From the NCBI GenBank assembly GCA_010909165.1, contig MU008165.1, positions 620,001 through 684,000 on the forward strand: DNA of 64,000 bases. The letters are read 5' to 3'. Position numbers and translations under genes: made by a program. Below the pieces are notes generated by a model that was not told where the DNA came from, made no database searches, and was given only the letters and a program-made list of their open reading frames with translations. This document shows, piece by piece, positions 48,725-60,149 of the stretch (position 1 is its first letter; the number at the start of each line of letters is the position of its first letter). The stretch is from Anthoceros angustus. Taxonomy: Eukaryota; Plantae; Anthocerotophyta.

Positions 48725-50823
48725 TGTGGAAGACCACATGTACACTAACCCTCCCCGACTTGTTGGTTTGAATGTTTTTTTTGTTTTTCTTATGTTTTGT
48801 GTGATGGAGTGCTTAGGAAATGTCCGAGGCAAGGCCTTTTATACTAAAATGGTCCTTGGCCCATGACAATATTACTTTTACAAATAATTAGTCCTTGGGC
48901 CTCGAACTGAATATCGGCTAGAAGGTCCTTGGACCTTGGGATTTTAGGAATAAATTGTCTATATAAGGTGGGGATCCTTCATTCAAAGAACAGGGGCCTG
49001 TGAACAAGTGGAGACGCTGCACCGGAGAAGTTCAGAAGCTAGCGGAGAGGTATAAGCGGAGAGAGGTGAGGCTAGGGCCGGGGTCAAGGAGAGGCAAACC
49101 AAGAAGGGTAGAGCAACAGCCACCGCAGACAAATGCTGGGGAAGCCACCGTCATGGGCCACCACGGTGGTGGAGCCGCCATCGTCGGAAGAAGGACCCAA
49201 GGTGGGGAAGCCACCGTCGAGCGCCAGAGGAGGATGCAACCCCTCGATTCCGTGAAGCAAGCCCAGGATTGTCCAGGAGCCGGGCATACCCTTCAGTTGT
49301 GCTCGAGGAAATGAGCAAGGCGGAGGCTAGAGCATGGATGGAGGAACGCACTTTGGCTGTCTGATGAGGAGCGAGGAACGCGCGCAGGGGCGAGACGGCG
49401 CCTCCTAGGAGGAGTGAAGGGACCTCGGATAGCGGGAGTGAGGTGGAGATATTAAGGGAGGATCTTTCGGATCGAGGCGTGGTAGGAGAGGCGGGGAACA
49501 CCCATGGGCCGAGGCTAGGCGGCCACAGAGGCAAGCGCTGATTTTAGAGGGGGCATCATAGGTCGAGGCTTTCACTTGGATTAGAGGATAAGGTGCTAGG
49601 AAGCTTGTGAATCTGTAGATATCCGAATTGGTAGGCGCGCTTGTGGTAAGTTAGCCATCTTTAGACACGGAGGTAGGTTAGCCATCTTTAGACACGGGAA
49701 AGTGAGCTATGGCGCTGTATATAAGAGACCCTTGAGTGTCTCTCTTAGACAATTTCGTGTGAGCTCCTGTGTCGAATTTGTGCGCGTGGTTGGTTGGAGA
49801 CATCCGATCGATGATGGGCTGATTCGGTGGCCCTCTCCACAAGAGGGCCGGGAGATCCTGGATGGTCGAGAGCCGAGTGACCAAGCTCCGCCTGGGTGAC
49901 TAGTGGTGAAGGGTGCTCAATGCATGCCGGAGAGGGAAATTCCAGGGACCGGGTGAGATCGTGTGAATCGCTGTGGAGCCGACCAGTTTTTTTCCTTTCC
50001 CAACCCGTCTAACCAGATTGTGTCTAATCCCAAGGAGGTCTGTGGCCCAAGGAGGGGTCTGTGGCCCAAGAGAGGTCTGTGGCCCGAGGAGGGGTCTGTG
50101 TGGCCCAAGGAGGGTCTGTGGCTGAGGAGGGGTGGCCCAAGGAGGGGTCTGTGGCCCAAGAGAGGTCTGTGGCCCAAGAGAGGTCTGTGGCCCGAGAGAG
50201 GATCTGTGGGAACATCTTGTGCGGTGGTGTATGAGGTCCTGGAAGAAAGGGGTGAGTGAGTCGTTGTGTGAAGAGGAGTCTAGGAAGTGGTGAGCGCGAG
50301 AGTCGCAACCGAGGAAGGTTGGGAATAAATTGTGGTCGAGGAAATCGGATGGAGTGAGGTGCCGACGCGGGGCCATGGTGCATCCACCGGTGAGCTCGGT
50401 GTGAATCCACATGAGTGTGACTTGGTGTACATGTGAACTGTGCATAGGACCATAGCCCTTAACAAGCGAGGAACCGGGCGCCAAATAGTCGATCGCGACC
50501 GCGGGTGGGTCCACCAGTGGGTCCCACGCGTGGGTCGGCAAATCCACCACGGCGGTGGCGGAATCCACCACGGTGGAATCCACCACGGCTAATGGTGGCG
50601 GAATCCACCACGGCGGTGGCGAACCACCACGGCGGTCGAACTTACCCGGTGGTGGGTCGGTAGTTGATTATGGCTAGGTAGGAACGATTGTAGGAGGACT
50701 AGAATCCATAGTTTTAGAACATCTTGACACAAAACCATTCCCTTGGGATCGAATCCTAGGACTATAACGACATAGAGGGTAAATGTGGCCTCTTTGCGTC
50801 TTGGATGCAAAACCCATTCCACA
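48725..50823 (+). repeat. Family B middle LTR (about 2.1 kb) with terminal inverted repeats TGTGGAA...TTCCACA
   Basis: Preceded by PPT TGAGAAGGGAGTA and followed by a PBS. Contains GGTCTGTGGCCCAAGGA-type arrays (about 50030-50200) and GAATCCACCACGGCGGTGGC arrays (about 50540-50635). Confidence 0.92.
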
Positions 50824-50826
50824 TTT

Positions 50827-50841
50827 TGGCGCCGTCGGGAA
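50827..50841 (+). promoter_or_regulatory. Family B PBS, tRNA-Asp type (second copy at 47135-47149)
   Basis: TGGCGCCGTCGGGAA directly after TTCCACATTT. Confidence 0.8.
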
Positions 50842-51249
50842 TGAAACTGTCAGATTATAGGAAAGACTAACCATAGCTTAGGTGTCTAGTCTTTGAGTGT
50901 ATTTAGTTTGGTAGATGGATGCCACGAGTTGAGTCGGAGGATTGAGTCAAGTCGGGAAGAGAAGCCTCAAGCGACAGCCAAGCGTGGAAAGGTTGAAAAG
51001 GGTTGCGGATCGGGAGTTGAGGAGGACCCAATTGGAGGACGACTTGGAAGGGAAGGGAGTAAGGAATCATCGGATTCGGGGTCCGATCTTGTTGGAGCAA
51101 GATCCCCAATCTCGGTCTTGGACGAGGTACCACTACCGAGGAACCTTGGTCCAAACTTGTCTTGACCTCTCTAGGTGTGTGCGCATTTGCGCCCAATCAA
51201 CTTCCGCAGACGGCCGAATCAACCACGCACCAATCACCACCACAAGTCA

Positions 51250-51953
51250 TGTCCACCAGTGCATGGTGGTCACCACCAAGCAACCTTACCCGTTGTATGG
51301 AGAGGGAAGGGGTATGAGGATCCTGATGAATTTGTTGAGCGTTTTGAGCGGTGACATTTGCAAACCAGAATCGGGTGATGCACAGCATTCATTTCTATGG
51401 AGTTCTTCGGGCTCCAGAAAGTGGCATACGCGAGTACCTCAAGTCGCCCACACCCCAACCACCTTTGAAGAATTGAAGAATGCCTTGAGAGGTTTAGGGG
51501 ATTGACATGGAGGGCTACGTGTTGTCCAAGCTTGAGAGGTTACAAAGAGAGAGGAAGGAAACCTTGCAAGCGTATGTTGAGAGGTTTCACAGCTTGCGTG
51601 ATCGTAGTGGCCCTCATTCGGAGCTGCAGGCTATACGGTGGTTCGCTAAAGGCCTGGGTTCTAAGATGGGAAGACACGTAAGGTTGCAAGCGGAGAAGAA
51701 TTTGGGCAAGGCTATCAAGGCGGCGCTAAATTACGAGGAATCTAACTCGCAGGAGATGAAGAAGGCTAAGAAGGACAGGAAGAAGTCCAAAACGGGAAAA
51801 GAAAGGGATTCCTCATCCTCCTCGGGAGAAAGTTCTTCAGGAGAGGAGAGCTCCTCAAGATTCCCGGAGGATTCCATGGAGGAAGAAACGGTGCCTTGGA
51901 GGAAGATTCACGATGGGGAGCGCACGGGAGGAAAAGAAGAAATCAAGGGGTGA
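51250..51953 (+). pseudogene. gag of the non-autonomous family B unit (second copy about 47560-48150)
   Basis: PTTFEELKNA...EGYVLSKLERLQRERKETLQAYVERFHSL...AIRWFAKGL...AIKAALNYEES: retrotransposon gag domain followed by a K/S/E-rich tail. Confidence 0.85.
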
Positions 51954-54900
51954 AGTGGAAGGAAGAAGAGCTGCATGGGGAACAAAGAGTCGGGCGAAAC
52001 AAGAGGCGTTGTATGCAAAAAAGATGCGAGCAAGCAAGGAGGGAGGCCGAGGCGGCAACCAAGAAAGTGGAACAACAAAAGTGGAGGCGAGAGGGCCACC
52101 CAATTCAAGAGGGGAAGGGAGACGAGATGGCCTCGAATGAGAAGGGAGAAAGAGCTTCAAAAACCGACGATCGAATTTGTGAGTATCCGGCACCGCCAAA
52201 TTCCTCAAAACCTACACAAAGAAAAAGTCATTCATTACTCGCGACCGCTCAGAAGACACAAGACCAAGTTATATCGAATGGGACCGGACGGTAACAAAGT
52301 TATGGGTGACGAAAGGTGTGGATGGGTCCGTCGGTCCCGGAGGTTTTCCACAATGGTTCCATCCAGCAGATTTGAATGGTCGCCTTTGCCAACCGAGTTG
52401 GTTGGCGAGTTGAAAAGTATTATCAATAAGTTGGCGAGGACGCCAACAAATGAGAAGGGAGTATGTGGAAGACCACATGTACACTAACCCTCCTCGGACT
52501 TGGTTTGAATGTTTTTTTGTTTTTCTTATGTTTTGTGTGATGGAGTGCTTAGGAAATGTCCGAGGCAAGGCCTTTTATACTAAAATGGTCCTTGGCCCAT
52601 GACAATATTACTTTTACAAATAATTAGTCCTTGGGCCTCGAACTGAATATCAGGCTAGAAGGTCCTTGGACCTTGGGATTTTAGGAATAAAATTGTCTAT
52701 ATAAGGTGGGGATCCTTCATTCAAAGAACAGGGGCCTGTGGAAGTGGAGACGGCACCTCCGGAGAAGTTCGTGAAGCTAGCGGAGAGGTATAAGCGGAGA
52801 GAGGTGAGGCTAGGGCCGGGTCAAGAGAGAGGCAAAACCAAGAAGGGTAGACCGCAAGGGGTCGACGAAGCAGCCACCACGGTGGTGGAGCCACCACCGT
52901 GCAAGCACCACAGTGGTGGAGCCGCCATCGCGAAGAAGGACCCAAGGTGGGGAAGCCACCGTGAGCGCTCGAGAGGGATGCAACCCCTCGATTCCGTGGG
53001 AAGCAACCAGCTGGATTGTCCAAGGAGCCGGGCATACCCTTCACAAAGTTGTGCTCGAGGAAATGAGCAAGGAGGCTAGAGCATGGATGGAGGAACGCAC
53101 GCTTTGGCCCAGATGCGAGGAGCGAGGAACGTGGAGACGGCGCCTCCTAGGAGGAGTGAAGGGACCTCGGATAGCGGGAGTGAGGTGGAGATATTAAGGG
53201 AGGATCTTCTGATCGAGGCGTGGTAGGAGAGCGAGGAACACCCATGGGCCGCAGTAGGCTAGGCGTGTGAGGGCCGATTTTAGAGGGGACATCATAGGTC
53301 GAGGCTTTCACTTGGATTAGAGGATAAGGTGCTAGGAAGCTTGTGAATTTGTAGATACCGAATTGGTAGGCGCTTGTGGTAGGTTAGCCATCTTTAGACA
53401 CCGGAGGTAGGTTAGCCATCTTTAGACACCGGAAAGTGAGCTATGGCGCCGCGGCGATGTATAAGAGACCCTTGAGTGTCTCTCTTGAACAATTTCGGTG
53501 TGAGCTCCGTGTCGAATTTGTGCGTGGTTGGTTGGAGACATCCGATCGATGATGGGCTGATTCGCAGGCCCTCGTCCACAAGAGGGCCGGGAGATCCTCG
53601 GATGGTCGAGCCGAGTGACCAAGCTCCGTCTGGGTGACTAGTGGTGAAGGGTGCTCAATGCATGAGAGGGAAATTCAGGGGACCGGGTGAGATCGCGGGT
53701 GTGCGAATCGCTGTGGAGCCGACCACTGCTTTTTTTCCTTTCCCAACCTCTGCCTAACCAGATTGTGTCTAATCCCAAGGAGGGTCTGTCAAGGAGGGGT
53801 CTGTGTGGCCCAAGAGAGGTCTGTGGCTGAGAGGGGTCTGTGGCCCAAGGAGGGTCTGTGGCCCAGGAGGGGTCTGTGGCCCAAGGAGGGGTCTGTGGCC
53901 CAAGAGAGGTCTGTGGCCCAGGTCTGTGTGGCCCGAGAGAGGAGGATCTGTGGGAACATCTTGTGCGCGGTGGTGTATGAGGTCCTAGAAGAAAGGGGTG
54001 AGTGAGTCGTTGTGTGAAGAGGAGTCTAGGAAGTGGTGAGCGAGAGTCGGAAAATGCGAACGCCGAGGAAGGTTGGGAATAAATTGTGGGGTCGAGGAAA
54101 TCGCGATGGAGTGAGGTGCCGCGGCGTGCGGGCCATGGTGCGCATCCACCGTGAGCTCGGTGTGAATCCACATGAGTGTGACTTGGTGTACATGTGAACT
54201 GCATAGGACCATAGCCCTTAACGGCGTGCAGGGAACCGGCGCCAAATGATCGACCAAGCTCGGCCGGTGGGTCCCACCACGGCGGTGGCGGAATCCACCA
54301 CGGACCACCACGCGGTGGCAATCCACCACGGCGGTGAATCCACCACGCATGGCGGAATCCACCACGCGGGCGAATCCACCACTACGGTGGTGAATCCACC
54401 ACGGCGGTGGCGACTACCAGGTCGAACTTAGGCCGTGATCGATGTAGTGGGTAGGAACCGATTGTAGGAGGACTAGAATCCATAGTTTTAGAACATCTTG
54501 ACACAAAACCATTCCCTTGGGATCGAATCCTAGGACTATAACGACATAGAGGGTAAATGTGGCCTCTTTGCGTCTTGGATGCAAAACCATTCCATGTGGA
54601 GTTACCTGAACACCTGAATGTATACATCCTGTCATGATGGAGCATTTTCCAAGTGTGGCGACCACAAGACCTTTCGCGAATCCCAAGGAGGTCTGTGGCC
54701 CAAGGAGGTCTGTGTGGCCCAAGGAGGTCTGTGGCCCAAGGAGGTCTGTGGCCCAAGGAGGTCTGTGTGGCCCAAGGAAGAGTTTCAGGATCACGGACGT
54801 TGAGCCTCATTGATCACCAACCCCGGATCACCAAGTGATGGTTTCAAGGTAGCTGATGGTTCGCACCATCAAGAAGGCCTGTGAACTGCCTTTTGGGCCA

Positions 54901-55149
54901 CACGCTCTGCTGATGACCTGCATTTGGCACCATGGTGAGAAGGAGAACCAACCATGCTAATGTAGTCCCAAGTCATACCGATGCCCCCAAGCGTGATAGT
55001 CCTGGGTGACATACCGGATACCTCCCAAGCGCTGACATACGCAATTCTATGCAGCCCACACGGATACCCCAGCACTACACGGGACATCCCACACTCACTT
55101 TGACACCTCGACCGCGACATCTATATGCATGGTTATGTAGGCGCGGTTA

Positions 55150-55905
55150 TGACTATATAGGTAGTAGACCCATATTAGAAAAACATGAGCCAAGATGAAC
55201 CAATTGGGTCAAATGCGGACGCCAGATGGGGAGCAGCGGCATTGTGGAAACCCAACTGGCCTTCCGCCTCCGACATGGCCTCCATGGGTGTTGGCTCTGA
55301 ATAGCTGACTCCGCCTTGTCCCAAGCCAGAAAGCTCACCAGGGTGGAAGGTGCGGCAACGTTCCGGCTTGGGTGCGCAGGTGCATAAGACTGTACATGCG
55401 TGGCCATGCCAAGGTCAACACATCGTGAGAGCTTGAGTGTCCCGAGTAGGCGGGTGACACCAACCTAGTTTATTGAGGGCCGTTGGTCCAATCCGCAGGA
55501 GCGAACCAACCTCGGACAAATCCATGAGTAAGGGCGTACCACATGTCAGGAAGATGGCTAGCTTGCAATAAATGAAAGTGTCACTGCTGTTCTCAATATG
55601 CTACGTTAAGTGGTAACATCCACCAAGATGCGTGAAGGTCCAAAACAAGTTGCGGGTCTCTCTCCGGGCCGGCTTGAGAAAACTGCATTCCCATCCCGCA
55701 ATCACGACGATGGGGCGGATTGAATGTATATACCAGAATGTGGATGTCTTGGGGTTGTAGAAAAAGGCGAGATAAACCAAGGAAGTAGTTGAGTCCCGGC
55801 GTGCCAAAAGGAATGCATCATGCTTGGGACTGGTCACAATAAATGTAACGACTAACCAAGATATTCAAGAAAGGGCAGACCTCTAAATGCAAATAGTTCT
55901 AGCAA
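55150..55905 (-). pseudogene. Second, diverged C5-cytosine methyltransferase relic of the gypsy-DNMT type
   Basis: Minus strand, across frameshifts: LLELF (55905), LVSRYIYCD, PQDI, IVVIAGWEC..FSQAG...NLFW, GTPLLMDLSEVGS, DWTN, STLVSF, GQG...EPT...LGFH..AAP. Same motif order as 41960-42870. Confidence 0.8.
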
Positions 55906-58900
55906 TGTGGAATGGTTTTTGCATCCAAGACATGAGGCCACATTTACCCTCTATGTCGTTATAGTCCTAGGATTCGATCCCAAGGGAATGGTGTTGTGTC
56001 AAGGTGTGCTAAATCTATGGATTCTAGAGCCTGCCGCCGCCACTCCACCTTCTCGCTACCTGCCCAAACCCACCACCGTGGTAGACTCGGCCACCGGGTC
56101 GCCACGTGGCGGGTCCCACCACGCCCGCCTCATGAGTCTATTCACACCCGACTTCTCTAACACGGACCTAGGGGCTATCGGACACCTATATACGCCTCAC
56201 CTTACTTGGGAATTTCTGCGATCCACCACGCCACTCCCCGCATTCCGATTTTCCCTCACACACTCTCACAATCCCGAGCAACTCTCCTCCGGAACCTTTC
56301 CCTTCCCAATGAACTCTCCTCGTCTCACGGGCCACAGACCCCCTCCTTGGGCCACAGACCCCTCTCATGGAATGAACACACAGTGGCAGCGGTTGGAAAA
56401 GAGGATCGGAAGAAAACCCGGTCGGTGCTTGGGCGATTCGCCTTCCGGCTTCCGCCTCCGCCACTCCCTTCTTTCGGCCACGGCCACTTCCGTACCCCAG
56501 GCGTGGAGCTTGGCCACTCCGCCTCGACCATCCGAGATCTTCCGGCCTTCTTGTGACGAAGAGCCGAACCGCTTGCGTCGACGGACGTCTCCAATCAACC
56601 CCACACGGGTTCGATACGGAAGTTCACACCGAAATCGTCCTTGAGAGACACCCAAGGGTCTCTTATACATCCGTGGTCCAACATGCTCACTTCTCTTTAG
56701 TGTCTAAAATTGTAGCTCCTACCACGGCGCCTTACCAATCTAAGCAAAAGCCTCTACTGATGGAACTCCCTATCCTCTCTGAAAAGGAAACCCGGTCCTA
56801 GGCTATCGCGACTCTAAAATCAGCGCGCCGCCTCGCGACGCCGCCCACGGCCCATGGGGACCCCTCTCGCTCTCGCCTCGATCCGAGCGATTTTCCCCAC
56901 AACCTCCACCTCGCTCTCACCTGAATTTCCCTCGCGCCTTCCAGCGGACGTTGCGCGCCTGTGACCTCTATGTCCATTGTCCGCTCCTCCTCACTGGACA
57001 ACCATACCGTGTGCTCCTCCCTCCATGCTCGGCCTCGCTCATCTCTTCCGGCACCACTTGCGGAGGATAGGCGCTCCTACTCGAAGGAACCATCGTAAAC
57101 TGTGGCGGCGGTCAAGATGTCTGCCTAGCCGCCTCTGTCCCAACAACCACACGCGTTTAGAGTGAGCACGCTCACCATGCAGTGAGGGACATGAGCATCC
57201 TCATCCGGACGCCGTAGCACAATACGCCTTCGAGAGGTCCTTACCCTCTCCTCCCGTGGACAATCGGGCCGGCCGTTGATTCTCGGATCTGCTCCATCTG
57301 CGACACTCCGGGTGACTTCCCCACCTCGGTTCCCGTTCCACGACGGTTTAGCGCCACCGTGGTGGTTGCTTCCACGGTGGTTGTTTGCCTCTGTGGTCGT
57401 CCTTTCTTGGTTTGGCCACCTCTCTCTTGACTGGCCCTAGCTCTTTCCGCTTGTACCTCCGCCTTCTTGAATTTCTCCAAGGCGCCATCGCTTCCACCGC
57501 CTCTGGACTCGCGAGACCTCATCAAGCTCTTCAATTGTAGCATGCCCCTTGACTGATTTACTAAAGCTTCTGCTGAGTGGACATGTCCCTTAACTGCCTG
57601 CCTTGCATAAGGCCGCCGCACTCCGTCTGCGCTCCTCCGCCTTGCTCTCGCCTTCGGGCTTCCAACTTCTCCTTGAGCAACTTCTCCTGTTGGCCTTGCA
57701 CACTCGGCCAAGTGAGAGCCATGGTCGCTTGATCGAGGAGATCCGCTGCGTCATGCCATGGCGGTCAAGATGTCTGACCGTGGTTTACGCCCCTCTGTCC
57801 CAACAACCACATACGTTTAGAGTGAGCACGCTCACCATGCGTGAAGCCGAGGACATGAGCATCCTCATCCGGACGCCGCACAATCGCCCTTCGGAGGTCC
57901 TTACCCTCTCCTCCCGTGGACAATCCACAGGCCGGCGATTCTCGGGATCATCCCTCCATCTGCGACACTCCGCCGGTGACTTCCCCACCTCGGTTCCCGT
58001 TCCACGGCGGTGGCTGGTTTAGCCACCGTGGTGGTTGCTTCCACGGTGGTTGTTTGGCTCCTGTGTTGCTCGGCCTTCTTGGTTTGGCCACCTCTCTCTT
58101 GACTGGCCCTAGCCCGTCTCTTTCCGCTTGTACCTCTCCATGACTTCTTGAATTTCTCCAAGGCGCCATCGCTTCCACCCTGGACTCGCGAGACCTCATC
58201 GAAGCTCTTCAATTGTAGCATCGCCCCCGATTTACTAAAGCTTCTGAGTGGACATGTCCCTTGCTCCATGCCTTGCATAAGGCCGCGCACTCCGTCTGCG
58301 CTCCTCGGCCGCCTTGCTCTCGCCTTCAGCTCTCCAACTTCTCCTTGAGCAACTTCTCCTGTTGGCCTTGCACACTCGGCCAAGTGAGAGCCATGGTCGC
58401 TTGATCGAGGAGATCCGCTGCGTCATGCCATGGCAAGTCAAACCACCCGTCCCAAATTGGGCTGTCCCTTGCCCATCCGCCTCCACAACAATTCGTCGCG
58501 GTGTCTCCTATCCCCACCTCACCTGGTTCGGTGAAATGTCGCCAAAATGTCCGGAGCTCGTTGCGGTCTCGGCGGGTTAACCCCTCCTCTCCTAGGGGTT
58601 GGTGCCACGCCTCTTCCCCGCTTCATTCTCCCCTAGCCATTCATCCCACAGGAGGGAGCAACACCATTTCCCTTTATTTTCTCCTCCTTACCCGCGTTCT
58701 GCTGCCTTCGACTGGTGACCACAGGTGTGGCTGGGTTCCTCCTCTCGGCTGCCTCCCTTCTTCGCCGATCCCGCTCGACTGCGCCTTCTTCGCCTTACCC
58801 TTGGAAACTTCCCCACCCTCTTCCGAACCTTCCAGGAGCCTCCGCTGGAATCCTTGCCCGAATCCTCCTTCAATTCCTCCTCTTCTACCTTGAGTTCCGA

Positions 58901-60117
58901 CCGGCTTCCAACCATGCAGGACGACTTCCAACTCCGTTAAACACCGAATGCGCAAATACATGAATCGAAAAGGCGAAATCAAGGAGGGCCGAGGGAAGAA
59001 GAGAGTAAATCGCCTTCTCCTCACGGCTCTTCGAAAATCATCCTCCCCAATCAATTTGTGTACCCTTGACCACCTCGTGAAGAAAAACCAAGAAGTGATC
59101 CGCCATATGATCCGACTTCCGGTTACGTAAAAGCACAAAATCCATTTGGCCAATCCCACCACGCAGACACGAGTTGGCGAGTCAGCCATTGTTCACTCTC
59201 ACTTCCCAGGCTTCATGAGCGCGCAGCCTTCAAGGTCTTCTTCACTGGGGTCAATCACCAAGCTCCCATCCTCGATGCTTCGCCCATACATGCTCGAAAG
59301 AGGCCAAATCCGTTCTGCCCTTTTCCTCGCGTCACCCTCTTGCGACTTGGTCCTTACCGGGCGCACTCTTGCACCAATGCGGTCGTAGCACCATTTCTTC
59401 TCCATGAACTTGTGCCCAGCTCCCGACCACTGCCGGCTCTCACTTTTCCAGTGGTCCATGTTGGGCCCTGCGCAGGGGATTTCGCGCTGGGGCGCCATCT
59501 CCTTCTCGTTGTTTCCCAAAACAAAACCTCGACTACCTGCAGATCGGTCAAGAGAAAAAATCGAGCCGCCCTCGCTCCTTCCACGCCTCCTCGCGAACGG
59601 GCGCCGATTTCTCTCCGCCGCCGCCGCCTGTCGTCATCGCCTTCCTCCTGCAGTGCGTGATTTGGCTGGCGTGGTACGCGCGCTGCAGCCTCCGCCCGAC
59701 CCCCTCCCGGAAAGTCGCGACCGCGGTGTGGGTGTGCCCTTCTCCCGTTGCGCTCGTGGTAGTCCCGCTCCGCCACTAGGGTTGTAAATTCCCACAGTCT
59801 CACGTCCGTTTCTCGGCCACCGTGGTGGAACTAGCCACCACCCCACTTGACTACTCCTGGCATATTGTGAGCATCCCTAGCATATATAGACACCTTTTAT
59901 TCTAAAATTCCCAATACCCAAGGACTCTATTTCTACCCCACCCTCCGGGGTCAAACCTAAGGGTCGAAAAATTATTATTATCTCCAAGGGCCAAGGACCA
60001 TTCCGTATAAAAGACCGACTCGACGATTCTCAAAGCACTCTGCTATTCTAACACACCAAAACAAAAAATCGTTCACCCGACACTTGAGGCGGGTTAGTTC
60101 ACATGTGGTCTTCCACA
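55906..60117 (-). repeat. Family B long-form 3' LTR (about 4.2 kb) with an internal coding-like region
   Basis: CATGTGGTCTTCCACA ending at 60117 (reverse complement of the LTR start) and TGTGGAATGG at 55906 (reverse complement of the LTR end). Confidence 0.85.
57107..58432 (-). repeat. Tandem duplication of about 660 bp inside the long LTR
   Basis: GGCGGTCAAGATGTCTG...CGCTGCGTCATGCCATGG occurs twice; ORFs 57241-57711 and 57901-58383 are paralogous. Confidence 0.9.
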
Positions 60118-60149
60118 TACTCCCTTCTCATTTGTTGGCCCTCGCCAAC

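Larger units (their letters stand above)
45007..54594 (+). mobile_element. Tandem array of non-autonomous gag-only LTR elements, family B (LTR-int-LTR-int-LTR)
   Basis: Period about 3.72-3.74 kb. LTRs at about 45007-47131, 48725-50823 and 52464-54594. Each internal part has a PBS, gag, the integrase 3' tip and a PPT. Confidence 0.92.
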
